Translations under genes and position numbers: made by a program
Notes under the pieces: generated by a model
Told to the model about the DNA's origin: nothing
Databases searched by the model: none
Seen by the model: the letters and a program-made list of their open reading frames with translations, nothing else
Part shown: positions 13,418-25,400 of the stretch, one piece after another
Position numbering within the stretch: the first letter of the stretch is position 1
Layout of the letters: the number at the start of each line of letters is the position of its first letter
Assembly: GCA_000934665.2 (NCBI GenBank)
Contig: KZ538856.1
Span: forward strand, 1-44,076
Direction: 5' to 3'
Source of the DNA: Catajapyx aquilonaris
Taxonomy: Eukaryota
DNA: 44,076 nt

Positions 13418-16400
13418 GTAAGTACCCTTACTCGACTATGTAGCTAGGATCAGCTTGAATTTGGGTTCTTGTAAGTACAGTAAGTAATGCCATTATGGAT
13501 CTGGTTGGAAGCAAAAGCAAGTGCACTCAGGGTTGGAAATTAAATTTTGGCCGTCATACCTGTGTTTACGGACATCCGGAAAAGTCTTGCAGAAGTGTCC
13601 CTGAACAGTCGAATAAACGCCGCATTTATTGTTTAGCATTGAAAAGACATGACACGCACGAGTGGGTCACGCGCACAAGAAGAATGTCAAGTGCTGCAGG
13701 TAGCTCTTTGAGGGCAATGCTAGGCCGAGGCAATAAGGCAATCTCAGGCGACTAAAAGCATTCATTAGACATCGCATGTGCGCACTTGGTTGCCGAGTCA
13801 GTACACCCCCGATACGGAACAAAGGAAGTGCCGGAGCCCAAATGCCCAAATTGGAATTGGAAAACTGGGTGAAGAGCTAGTTTTTGCATGTATGCTACCT
13901 GGGACATGGCTACCATTTCAGGGGAGTTTTGGAAGCGTTCTTCGTGTGTTTTGGGTCCCTCCCCTCTACCTTGGCCGCCGCCTTTTTTTTTTTTTNGGGG
14001 GGGGGGGGGGGTGTTGTAGGGTGGAGGGTGGGAAGGACCCACACCAGGCTTACCACCTTTCACGGGCTATGAAGCAAAGTGCGGGTACAGTGGGAATGTC
14101 TGCTCAACCTTGGGAATTTTGTGAAGAGTAAACGCGGGCGTAAACGGAACATAATTGGTTGTTTTTAGAATGTTCAGACCACGGTTGAAGATGGTTTCAA
14201 CTTTCGCGGCATAACTGTTGGTAAAGCAGGGCCTACATTTTAAAAATTACTCGTGCACGGTGAAATGATGGATGAGACGTGATAACGTATCAAGTGTTAT
14301 TCTAAGGAGGATGATTCGGTTGGATTGTCAGGTTTTGTGGATGATTGTATCATCAGCTGCTTTCACTGATCTGATTAATTTATGCGGCTTTTGTGTTTAG
14401 TAGCGTAAATAATTGGCCGCTCTTTGTTCTTTGCGAGTTGGATGTTTAACACCATGACTGTAAACCCGGTTTTTAAAATACGTGTTGAATACTGGAGAAG
14501 GCGCAGAGTCTGGGCTAATTTACCCATGGTTGCATATCGTTGGCATATAGTAAGAAAAACCAGTTTCTAGGTAATCGAAGGCAAAGATTTGACCTTGCCT
14601 TTGTTTACATGGTAGTGAATACAGAAAATTCGGGCTCATTATGAACCTTTATGACTAAGTGGACTTTACCAATTATGCTACTTAGTGGTGTACGTAACTC
14701 AAAATCGTCGAAATTTGACTTATCGTGTTAGTGTGTTTCACTTTATGCACACCATAGTAAAATATTAGCAGCGAACAACAAATTACCCCAAGGGTATAGG
14801 TTACATATGCTGCATAGACGAGGGTCCTAAATTAAAACAGAGTCGGCTGACGAGTTAAGACGAAGAAAGACATATTATAGCTAAAAATATATTCTGTCTG
14901 CGTTTCACGTGAGATTTGTTATTTTAGGCTCCGGTTATTCACTCAGGGATACAGATCGCTGTATGTTCGAGTTCAAGGGTTCCTCCAACCCAAAATGCTG
15001 GATCGTCCCATATAGCTAGTGAAGATGCCATAATATAATCAATGGCTGATCAATGCGTAGAATTATTTATTAGCTCTTTTTAGCCGCGGTTTAACGGGTC
15101 CCTAGTGGCTCTTCAAAGCTGCTCACGTGAAGCTCTGGTAGTGAAATAACATATATCCTAGATTAATACCTATAAGAAAGTAGAAACTAGAAAACTAGGT
15201 AGTTAGACACCATCATAAATTGATGAAAGTGTGGCTGCCAATGAAATGTGACTCTCAGTTGGAGTTATTTCATTGCACTTATTTTTTATATCTACATTTT
15301 GCCATCTATAATCTGCGCGAAATTTTGACTGGTGGTAAAGACATGTCAAGGTTGACCTAGTTACGCCCAGTATGAAGGCCGATATCACTGCTTTTTTCTT
15401 TTTTTTTTTGCAAGCTAAAAATGCGCTTTCCTTGGTGTTTTGCGGACAGGGCGGGCCATTCAGGCTGTAAAAAGGAGGAAAAAAGAGAGGGAGTTATGAT
15501 GATGGTGTGGAAGGTGTAGGGGTGAAGAGAAACGACCTCCATTGGAGGAGGAATGCTTGGAGTGGGTCAGGAGGACTGGTGGTTTGGTTGAGGAGGCCAC
15601 TGACTCCGCTTTTTAAAAACCTTGGCAAGTTGGTGTTTGGCGAGCCTGCGAAAGGAAGGAAGCGACCATGCGCGCCAATTAGTTTGGGCAGACACAAACA
15701 ACAGGGTTTTGATAGAACTTGGTTCATTGGATGTGAAAGCCTGTCAGTGACACAGTGTTGAGTCCATGAATTGAACTGATTGAAACTGAATAGCTGGAAA
15801 ATTGGGGTTCTATCACCGATTTGGGTTGTCTTTAGAAAGTAGCTGGCAATAAACTAATATTTAATAGGTGCGTTTATTCCTCAGATGGTGTTCAGTTTAC
15901 TGGATAAGGGAGTCCAAAGGCATTAAAAAAAAGAAATATAATTAGTGTTTATAAACTACTGCTTACTGTACTCTATTCCGCTAGAAACATTGAAGAATAA
16001 ACCTTTCTTTTTTTTGTCACACCAGTGATTTTGACAGCTTGGACAGTAAGGATGTACTGAAGAACAATGAATTGGCATTCAGTGTGGCTGCGCGTCACCT
16101 GGGCATCCCTCAGTTGCTGGATCCCCAGGACATGCTGGATTACCCGGTACCAGATCGTCTGTCCATTCTCACATATCTGGCCCAATTCTACCAAGCATTT
16201 GCAGGTGAGTACGCTTGTAACTTAATGCGAGTGTTTGTCTGGCAGCCGTGGCATGGGAGGGTATGCAATGTACCAGGCAGGTTACATGAGGTCGGGGCTG
16301 AAAAGTGAAAGGGACGAGAATCACGAATATGAGAACAGTCTCATTTGAAGAAGCGCCCTCTCTCTCTTGTTACATTCAAAGTTCCTTTCCTGCTTCCCTC

Positions 16401-19400
16401 CCTTCTTTGGAACTTGCACGTTGTAGGTCATGTAGAATGATAGAAAGGAAATAATTGCGTGAACCTGCCGCATTGTTGTAATAAGGGAAGTCAACTTTTT
16501 GCAGATCTTGTGATCCCAGCTGCTGAAATTTTCTGCTTGCTTGCTTCTCTCGGTAGGTTCACAGAAGCGACCAACCACACCATCATTTACTGCAGCAAAG
16601 GTAGGCGCCAATGTGGATGAAGAAAGCACTGCCACCAGTGTCATTGCCAACACACATGCCAATTCAAATGCCAATGCCAACAATGCTCCCCCATCCAGTG
16701 CTTCCTTACCACCTTCTGCAGCTACAGAGATAAGCCCTGGGAAGGTAGGCCATTGTAGTGTTGGAGAGTTGCTAGTGTGCATATCCATCACAATTTGGGT
16801 TAAGCTCCACTGAGTTGCAAGGGATGATCTATGATCAGATATTTTTTTTAAAAAATGGCCTTGAAACTTAAGATTGCATTGCATGATTGAAACTACCTAA
16901 TACACTTTTACGATAATGTCATTCACTGATAAGCACCAAATGTTTTATGGCTAGGATTTGTTAAATTCACTGAGTCATTGATTTACATTCTGTGAAGTGT
17001 AAATTTGTTTGTAAACAAGCTGCCTTGAACAGGATGAGTCATATGTGATGCACTCCCAGGCCTGGGCTGCTGCTGCTGTAGATTTCAGCTCCTTACATAT
17101 TCTAATTAGACCATAATTGGCAGAGTGAAAATTGTATTTCAAAAACTCTGCATCATCAGTGGAGCTAATTAAATGTTCATGCTTAAATGCTAGTGCATGT
17201 ACTTGTTTGCAAGGAGACATTTATAAGCTATTTTAACTTTTGACTTTCATATCATACACTTCCTGCAAACAGGTGCATCGCCTTGTAGAAAGCTTTATAT
17301 CATGATTAATATTGTTTATTACTGCTGGGTGTACAGCTTTGTTGTGGAGCACTCACTGTACAGAGGCAGAAGGGCTGTCTGGTGTGCTTCTCACTAGTAG
17401 TGATTAATTTGGCTTAGGTCCGCCAAGGTTTCCATGGTAGAAGTATCTTTGCTCCCTTCTTGCATGCTTCCTTGCTTGTTTCATGCCATAAAGGAGAGGA
17501 CAGGTGTAATGTCATATTTTCTTTAGCTCTGAGTTGGCATTATTTTCATTTTCAAACTGCTCCTGGTAAGTTCAGTTTTCTTTCGCATGACAGCCGTAGT
17601 TTGGAGGCTTCGTTTTACGACCTCAAAGCAAATAGCCCATATTTCCATTTCCTTTTCTAGGTGTTGCTTTTATGGCACATTAGTTTCTCTTCATAGATAC
17701 AGTCTGTACTAAAGCAGATAGTACAATCTGGTTAGGGGTGTAAAAAACGTGTTTTACTGGTACTGCAACTAAGGTGGCAAGGCAGTTGGTGAACGGAAGA
17801 GTTGAATCTTGTGACAATGTATTAGCCGAAAGATTGATCACGTAGGCACTCGAGACACTAGAAGAAGGATGCAATGTCGGAATTACATGCTGTAAAGAAT
17901 AAATTCTTCCGGACCTGCGTGACCTGGGACGTACGTAACTCTGACTTTGGGCATACGGAAATGAACCAGGCATTAGGATTAAAATTGAAAAGTGGGACCT
18001 ATGGGAGAAATAACCTTCCTCTCCCGCAAATTGTCTATCCGAAGTGAAAATTCCGAGAGACAGTACAGGTAAAGAAACTTTCAAGAATGATTGTTTTTCC
18101 ACGCACTGTTCAACTCCTGGAAGGCGTGCCATTTTTTTTTCACTGTAAGATGCGTCATTTTGTCATCCCGCTATTCTTTTACGATTCTCATGCTTTCTCT
18201 CGGAACAGTTCCTTCATTGTCTCACGGCCATGTAATTTCACGTAAGAAACACATTGGTGTTGTAACAAGCAAGTAGAATTTTATTGTGCCATCATATAGC
18301 TATGTGGATTGGCCGAATTTTTCACACTGCGTCTAGACCCCAAGATACGACAATGTTGGGTTAATTCGATCATTTTCGATGGTAGAAAGTTGATCATTTT
18401 ATTGGCCGAATTTAGTTTCTACTTTTGAAAAGTAGGTAGGCTACACTCGCCGAATAGGCAACGGTACTTTAATTGGCAAGTGGAAAGAAGATGCTAAGTG
18501 CAGCCGAGTGATTGCGAAAGGAAGGGCCGCTATGTTCTTTTTTTATGATTATTGTAGAGAAATGCAGTTATACACTTTGTTCACTCAACAGCAGGAGGCA
18601 GGCTTGGTCCACTCACTTTAGGTCATTTAATTGTCGGAAAAGTGCGTTTTTGCTAATTTTTTTAAAATACGCCCGGACCGTGACGCGCAAATATTGCTAT
18701 AGGGTCCGTCCATAAATCACGTGATGCAGCTAGGGAGGACATAATCACGTGACATTTATATATGGTGAAAATAGAGCCGCGCACTTCCTTTTGCATCTAG
18801 TTCCTTTAATATGTGAGACATTTTGTTAAGACGATTTGACTGTAGCTGATTTTTTTCGCTTTCGGCTACAAGACGGAGATAACTTAATCGAATTTAATTA
18901 ATAAAATTCAATACCAGCACGGCAGCACTGCCTCTGGGTCGCCTGGGCTCGAGAGAGAGAGCCATCAATGATAGCAAATTTAATGTATTAAACCGCGCCA
19001 GTTTTCGTATTTTAAATGCATAGTTACCATACACTTTGGTGCATTTGTCCCAGCAAGACACATTCTTTTCCATACCCCTGCAGAAATGAAGCGTCATACT
19101 GGGCGGGAAACCAGTGGGGGATGGCCTCTTTCACTTCCTGGATGTCGCTGAAGTTCTGACCTGCCAGGTGCTTCTTCATTGGTCCAAAGAGATGGTTTTA
19201 ACCTATGGTCGACCATTTCTTTGGACCTATGAAGAAGCACCTGGCAGTTCAGAACTTCAGCGACATCGAGGAAACGAGCTTCCCACCCAGTCTGACGCTT
19301 TTTTTCTGCAGGGGTATGGAAAAGCTAGTGTCCCGCTGGGACAAATGCACCAAATTGTATGGTGACTATGTCTAAAATCAGAGAAAGACTTGCCCTTTCA

Positions 19401-22400
19401 TATGTAGCCTATATCTCAGTTTCAGTTTCTCTAGTGAAACTTCTGAATTAAAAAAGTTTTCAATTACTTTCTGATTCGCCCTCGTATGTAAAATTGTAAT
19501 CGACAAAAAACCGGTAATAAGTAATTGCAACAAGAGCAGGATTTTGATGAATCTGTACATCCCCCCCCCCCCCCCCCCCCCNNNNNNNNNNNNNNNNNNN
19601 NNNNNNNNNNNNNNNNNNNNNNNNNNNNNNNNNNNNNNNNNNNNNNNNNNNNNNNNNNGGGGGGGGGGGGGGGGGGGTTACCTAAAATGTCACGGTGGGT
19701 CACATGGGGGGAGGTGGGGGGTCGAAAATGGCCCAAAAAGTGTCACGTGATTTATGGACGGCCCCAAAGGTATACCGTTATTTTGGAAGTTACGGCCGCT
19801 GAACTTTTTGCTGAAATGCGTCAGCGTAAGAGATCTTTATATTGAGCGTTTTAAATTAGGATAAATTTCATAATAGAGATTCCGTCGGCTACTGATTTCC
19901 TAGTGTCGACGTTCCCACAAAGAAGTGGAGCATATCACATTTCGGGAAGGGAGGGCACCCTTCTTCCAGATATGTTCCCCAGGACCCAGGTGTTTCTCTG
20001 TTCGTACCCGCCCTCACAGTAGTATTATGTGTCGCAGGTCGGATATGGGGTATCAAATTGCAAGGGGGACGTGACCCGTCAGCACAAAAAAAAAAAAGAA
20101 GTCCGTCGTAACTTTCCAGAACACAGCAACGCGTATTTTTTGAGGATTCTGTTTTATACCGCTTTTACGAAGTATAAAAACTTTTCGTTGTATTTGAGAA
20201 GAAACGCGTACTTTGTGCTGTTAAATCGGATACGAAATTATTAGCCCAGATGCTAGGTACAGTAAATTGAGAGGCACAAATGGGCACCAGCAGATGGGTG
20301 GGCAAAAGTGTGTCTGGCAACCAAATAGTGGAGCAGGGCTAGACCCGGATCCGGTTTCCTCTCTGCTATGTAAATGATATGGGTATGGGTTGCAAGATTT
20401 GTTCTGAAGGAACCGTTCATATTCGATGCAGAGTGACATTTTTTTATTTTTTATTATTTTATTTTATTATTTATCTTGACTCCATTAGAGGGAACAGCCC
20501 TTTTAGGGAGGTGGATTACCACCATTTTTTCTTACGAAAATTCTTCGCATTTTTGATGCAGAGTGGCATTTCCGGCCGTTTTGCATGAATCTCGGAAGGG
20601 TTGACCAATAATCGCCGTGCATCTCCGAGCATATTATAATTCGTCATATGTCAGGTGGGAGTCAGATGTGGTGAATGTGACAGACGGCCCTCGTAGCTCA
20701 ATGGTAGAGCCAACACCGAATATTCGGTGTGGACCCAGGTTCGATTCCTGGCGGGGGCAACGCATCAATGCACTGAACCACTCCTATTACCATAACACTC
20801 ATCAGCCGCATACACAAAAGAGGTGGGCGACCTTTAGGAGGAAGTAGACGTATGCAGTGACAGTACTATACTAAAGGAGAAGTGGCTGGTCCAGTACTCG
20901 GGCATTGCATCAGGGCTCTCGTGTGGGGTTTACCCTGAGATCCGGAAGTTTCCGCCCGAAAGCAGGAGTTGGACAATGATTGAAAGGGGCGGGTGCAGGT
21001 GCCTTTGAAAAGGACGGAAGTGAAGGGGCCGGTGGGGGAGCTAGCTCTAGCGATGGATAGATGTTGCTGGATTCGGGTCGGATTGCACAGCTTCAGGGAT
21101 CAGGGCGCGACCATGCAGTACGACCGGCGCATAGCTTTACAGGTGACCACTCGCCTTGTGCCACCCTCATCTTATTTGCATGCCACTTTTTTCCCCACGT
21201 ATTTTAGTGTGGTAGTTCAGAAAGCTGCACTGTGAAGATGGGTTTACACGATGTGCCTGCCATTTTTGTCGGAAGACGGCATGGTGTCGCACCATCGACA
21301 CTGTACATAGAATAGTGACGAATTAAGTTGGTAGAAGAAATGCATGAATTCGTCTTGCTCCCTGTCCGATCACCCCCTCGACCCCCTACCACGCCATTTC
21401 TCCAGGCTTTCCTCTCAGTGTAGACAAACTCTTGAATGTTGGGATTCTTGCATGCAACGGACCTGGTCAGACAATAAGCATGTCCCCCAGATTTGGACGG
21501 GACTCGGTGTCCCAAATTGCTGTACAGTCATGGACATAATAATCGGGACATGTGAAGGGGAGGATAACTGGAATTACTCCTTGCCTCGAAGCTGTACATA
21601 TTTGTGGAATTTGACCAAATTGGAAGTGTTGGTTTAGTTGCTTGAGGGCAACATATCTACAGGATGTTCCAGGAGTCCGGAGCAGGGCATGGCAGCCTAA
21701 TTCCGGGAGCAACTAAAATGTCTAACATTGTTTGAATGGTTTTCGGGTCAATCTGAGTGTCTTCTTACACGAGGTGTCTCTTGAAATTTTGTCTTGGTTT
21801 TTCTGGGAGATTTTCAGTAATTCATTTCAGTAATGGCCATTTATGGGTGGAAAATCACGCGGATGCTCGTCCTTGGGTGTACCAGGCAAATCACCCCCCC
21901 CCCCTCCCCTTTCCTAATCAATCGAAACACCGGGTATTGCGGAAATCTGCCGAAAATTGCGACATTTTTTTTCCACGTGCATCAAATGCAGTGGTGCCAA
22001 TGGTAGTCTCAATTTTCAGATCGAAATTTAAGAATGGGCCATAAACCTCATTTTTTAAATAGCTAGATTTGGCATAGACCAATAACACAGTATGCAGATA
22101 GCTGACTAAATTTTTGGCAGCAGTTCACATCGGAATTATAATACCAAATGTGGTTAGGAACTGTATGGAATGTTCATTTAATATTTTCGAGTTTTGTTGG
22201 GCCTACTTTTCCTCCCATCTCACCTATTCACTCATATTCATGGGCATCCTGTTGATTGTTGTCTCTGATTTGGTTGTGAAATTGTCGAGGCAAGGAGGAA
22301 TGCGTACTAGAGTGTGAGAATGTGTTAGAGAGAGGAAATGATGGACTGATGGATGCATCCGCTGTGCTTCCTCAAGCTCTTCTCCTGTCCCTCTAGGAGC

Positions 22401-25400
22401 AAAGCCTGGACATAATGGGCGTGTTCTCCCATCAGATCCTTTGCTGACAAGGTAAATGCTGCTCTTGCCTGCCCAGCTGACCACCCCTGCGTTTCTGGCC
22501 TGTTTTTTTGCAATCGTGGGGGATGTCAAAGAATGTTGCAGGGCACTGTATGAAATTCAGAGCCAACTTTTTTGCTTGGTAAGGTACTGTATGAACTTGA
22601 ACTATAGAAGTTTCTAGGCTATATGGACAAATTTATTGCACATTAGTGTTAAGAAGAATCGCTTTCCTGTCAGAGTTTTGTGATGTATGCAGTACAAACT
22701 TTTTGTAGAATATAACTGCTAAAAACACTTGTCTTGGCATGGGGAATTCACAAACCGATAATAGAATAAGGAGATTTACAGCATAGCTAATGTCATATGG
22801 GCTTCGCATGCACTGAATTCTATACTGCTGCAGACTGATTTATGTGTATGTGGGATATACACTGTGGCATGGTGTTGTAAGCCACACTTGTCCTAGTTTG
22901 TACTTACTACATTTTTAACAGGTCCAGAAAAGAGAAATTAGTCACAGTGTGTGATGTTGCTTTTGGCCATGTTTTTGGTGTGTGGCAATCATAAGAACAC
23001 TATCCAAGTGACCATGCAAACAAGGTAGCAAAAGCGATTACTTTACTCAATTACTTGAATTCAATACTGATACCTTTGTCCTCATCTCAAAGAGAGAGAG
23101 AGAGAGGTAGTGTGCATTGGTATGCATTGTGAATATTGTTTTGAAAGCATATCTCACATTTTTTAAAAATGTGTGAGAGGCATGCTTTTAATCTGGTGCA
23201 GACCATACTTTTCAAATGTATCATTATTGAGGTCACATAATTTTTTAAAGCTATGGCATGCCTGTTATTTAGCTCATGGTTGAGTTTGTTCAGTTTATGC
23301 TGGAGGGACACTGCCAAGTATTGTCTTCAGCATAACACAGTATATTTACATGCATCTTCAAGTTCTAAATCTCTCAGCGTCTAAAAAGTTCGGTGAATGT
23401 TACAATAAAAGCAACATAACAGAAGGTACATTGGAATTACCTTTATTGGCCTTCAAGTGCTCTCTATAAGACACAACGCACTTTTTAAATAGTCGGTAAA
23501 GCTTGATCTTTGGACCCCCCCCCCACCCCCCCAGGCCAAGAAAGGCAATTTCTATGTATCTTCTGTTTTGTTGCTTTTATTGTAACATTCACCGAACTTT
23601 CCAGACTGACTGTGTATCTTGGGTGTGCCTATTTATATTAACTCTTGTAAATGTGAGTATGAAAAGGGATTGAGTTAACTTCAAGTGTATAATGATTAGA
23701 TTGCTTTAAAATGAAACACTAAGCAAACACCACAGCATAAAAAATGCTGTCCTGTCACAAACTGCCTTTGCTGAATCAGTATTACTGTAAGTATTTAACT
23801 GTTCAAGATTAATTTGGTGAAGAATTATGCCATTGTGATATGGAACATGTACACCTTATGTATACAGGGGGGAATTAATACCATTGATTACAGCAGCGTT
23901 TCTCAACTGTGTTTTCCCAGGAACCCGAGAGTTTTATGAGATAGTAATGATCATATATAAATGTATTTTTGAGTCGTTAATTAATATAGAATAATTTTTT
24001 GGGGGGGTTCCCCGAGATATGAATATTATTTCAAGGGTAAAAAGGTTGAGAAACGCTGAATTACAGCCTTTCGAAATGCATGCAGGATTCATCATTGTGT
24101 TTCTTCCACTAGATTTAAAATTAATTGTGCTCAGAGTTTAATGGCCAGAAACTGCAAGGTGGTTGGTTTTAGGTCTATGATAGAATTATTACCCTCCTTC
24201 CCTTCCATAAAAAAGCAAGTTAGTGTTTTTATTCTTTATTTGTTTTAAATTTATTTTGGAAAATGCTACAATGCTACACTTGCATTTCTGTAGCAAGTCT
24301 TTGCTTTTGCTTATTTTAATGTCTGCCCCCCTTTTGGGCGGGGTGCCTATATGTCAAAAATTTTCATGTGCTGTAGCGCTGGTCTTTGATTGTCAGCATG
24401 CCTCTTCAATGGTTCCAGACTCATTGTTTAAATCCTTCAGGTATTTGCCAAGCAGATGTTCCCTAGTCCCATCCGCCGGGAACCTTGCTTCAAATGCCAG
24501 CTTCCTGTCTTCCTGGCAGAGAGATTGATCATTGGGAGAGTGTTGTTTCATCGTACCTGTTTTCGGTGTGCCCGCTGCAAAACTCAGCTCACTCTAAACA
24601 GTTATTATGAAACAGAGAAAGGTGAATATTGCTGTGAGACATGCCCTGACGAAGAGCTAGAAGAATCTACTAAAGAACAGGATTCATATAGTGAAGATTT
24701 TGAACTGGCACTGGGGGAGGAAGCTAGCACCCAGGCCAAACAGGATCCAGTGATAAGTATGCCTCAACAATCCTCCAATGACAAAGCTCGTATGGCTTTC
24801 TTAGCTCAAAGTGTAGAGGCTGCTGAAGGCAAGGATGATGAGGAGGTCACAAGGACAGTGTGTGCACAGGATATACCTGCAATAACCAGCATTGCCAGAA
24901 ATTCTCTAACAGCTGAAGACATGGACCCACAACAGGATGGAAGTGTTGATCTCAAGGATGTATCGGGTACTGGTGAAACAAAGACTGATCAGATAGAAAG
25001 TGATACCAAAGTTGTACAAAATGTAAATAGTGACATCGATTATACACCATCAAATGGGAACAGTTCGTTTGTTCAGGACAGGATAACCATATTTGAAGAG
25101 TCTCCCAAACCGCTGAACATCCCATTAGAAAATACCATCACTGCAGAAGAAGTGGTCCCTCATGTAGCAGAAGATCTGAAGAAACTAGTGGTGCCCATTG
25201 TGTATATTGATGGTGTTGAGCAGTCAGTCTCTGATCTGCCTGAAAGGACTGAATCAGCCGATGATAATTGCACAGCATCATTAACAGCCACTCAAAATTC
25301 AGATGATTCCAAGAGTGAATGCAAATCAATGGACGACCAGATACCTTCGGAAACAAGCCAGGAGGAACCACCCAGAGCAACCGAAATAGGAGAATATCCA

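Larger units (their letters stand above)
18702..19765. mobile_element. PIF/Harbinger-like MITE termini (one element with nested insertions and a gap, or two partial copies)
   Basis: GGGTCCGTCCATAAATCACGTGA at 18702-18724 and its inverse TCACGTGATTTATGGACGGCCCC at 19743-19765. The flanking trinucleotides do not match. Confidence 0.55.

Noticed and set aside
14845..14900. Hammerhead ribozyme core (CTGACGA..GAA); also CTGATGA on the minus strand near 20800
   Set aside because: No convincing stems I-III or correctly placed GAAA and NUH.
16321..16884. 187-aa minus-strand ORF
   Set aside because: Antisense shadow of MICAL-like exon 3.
20687..20759. Functional tRNA gene
   Set aside because: No 7-nt anticodon loop or U33 and no adjacent oligo-T terminator; kept only as a tRNA-like element.
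21470..21700. Degenerate hAT-like element (CGGGAC repeats, TGGCAGCCTA end)
   Set aside because: The left terminus and TSD are not identifiable.
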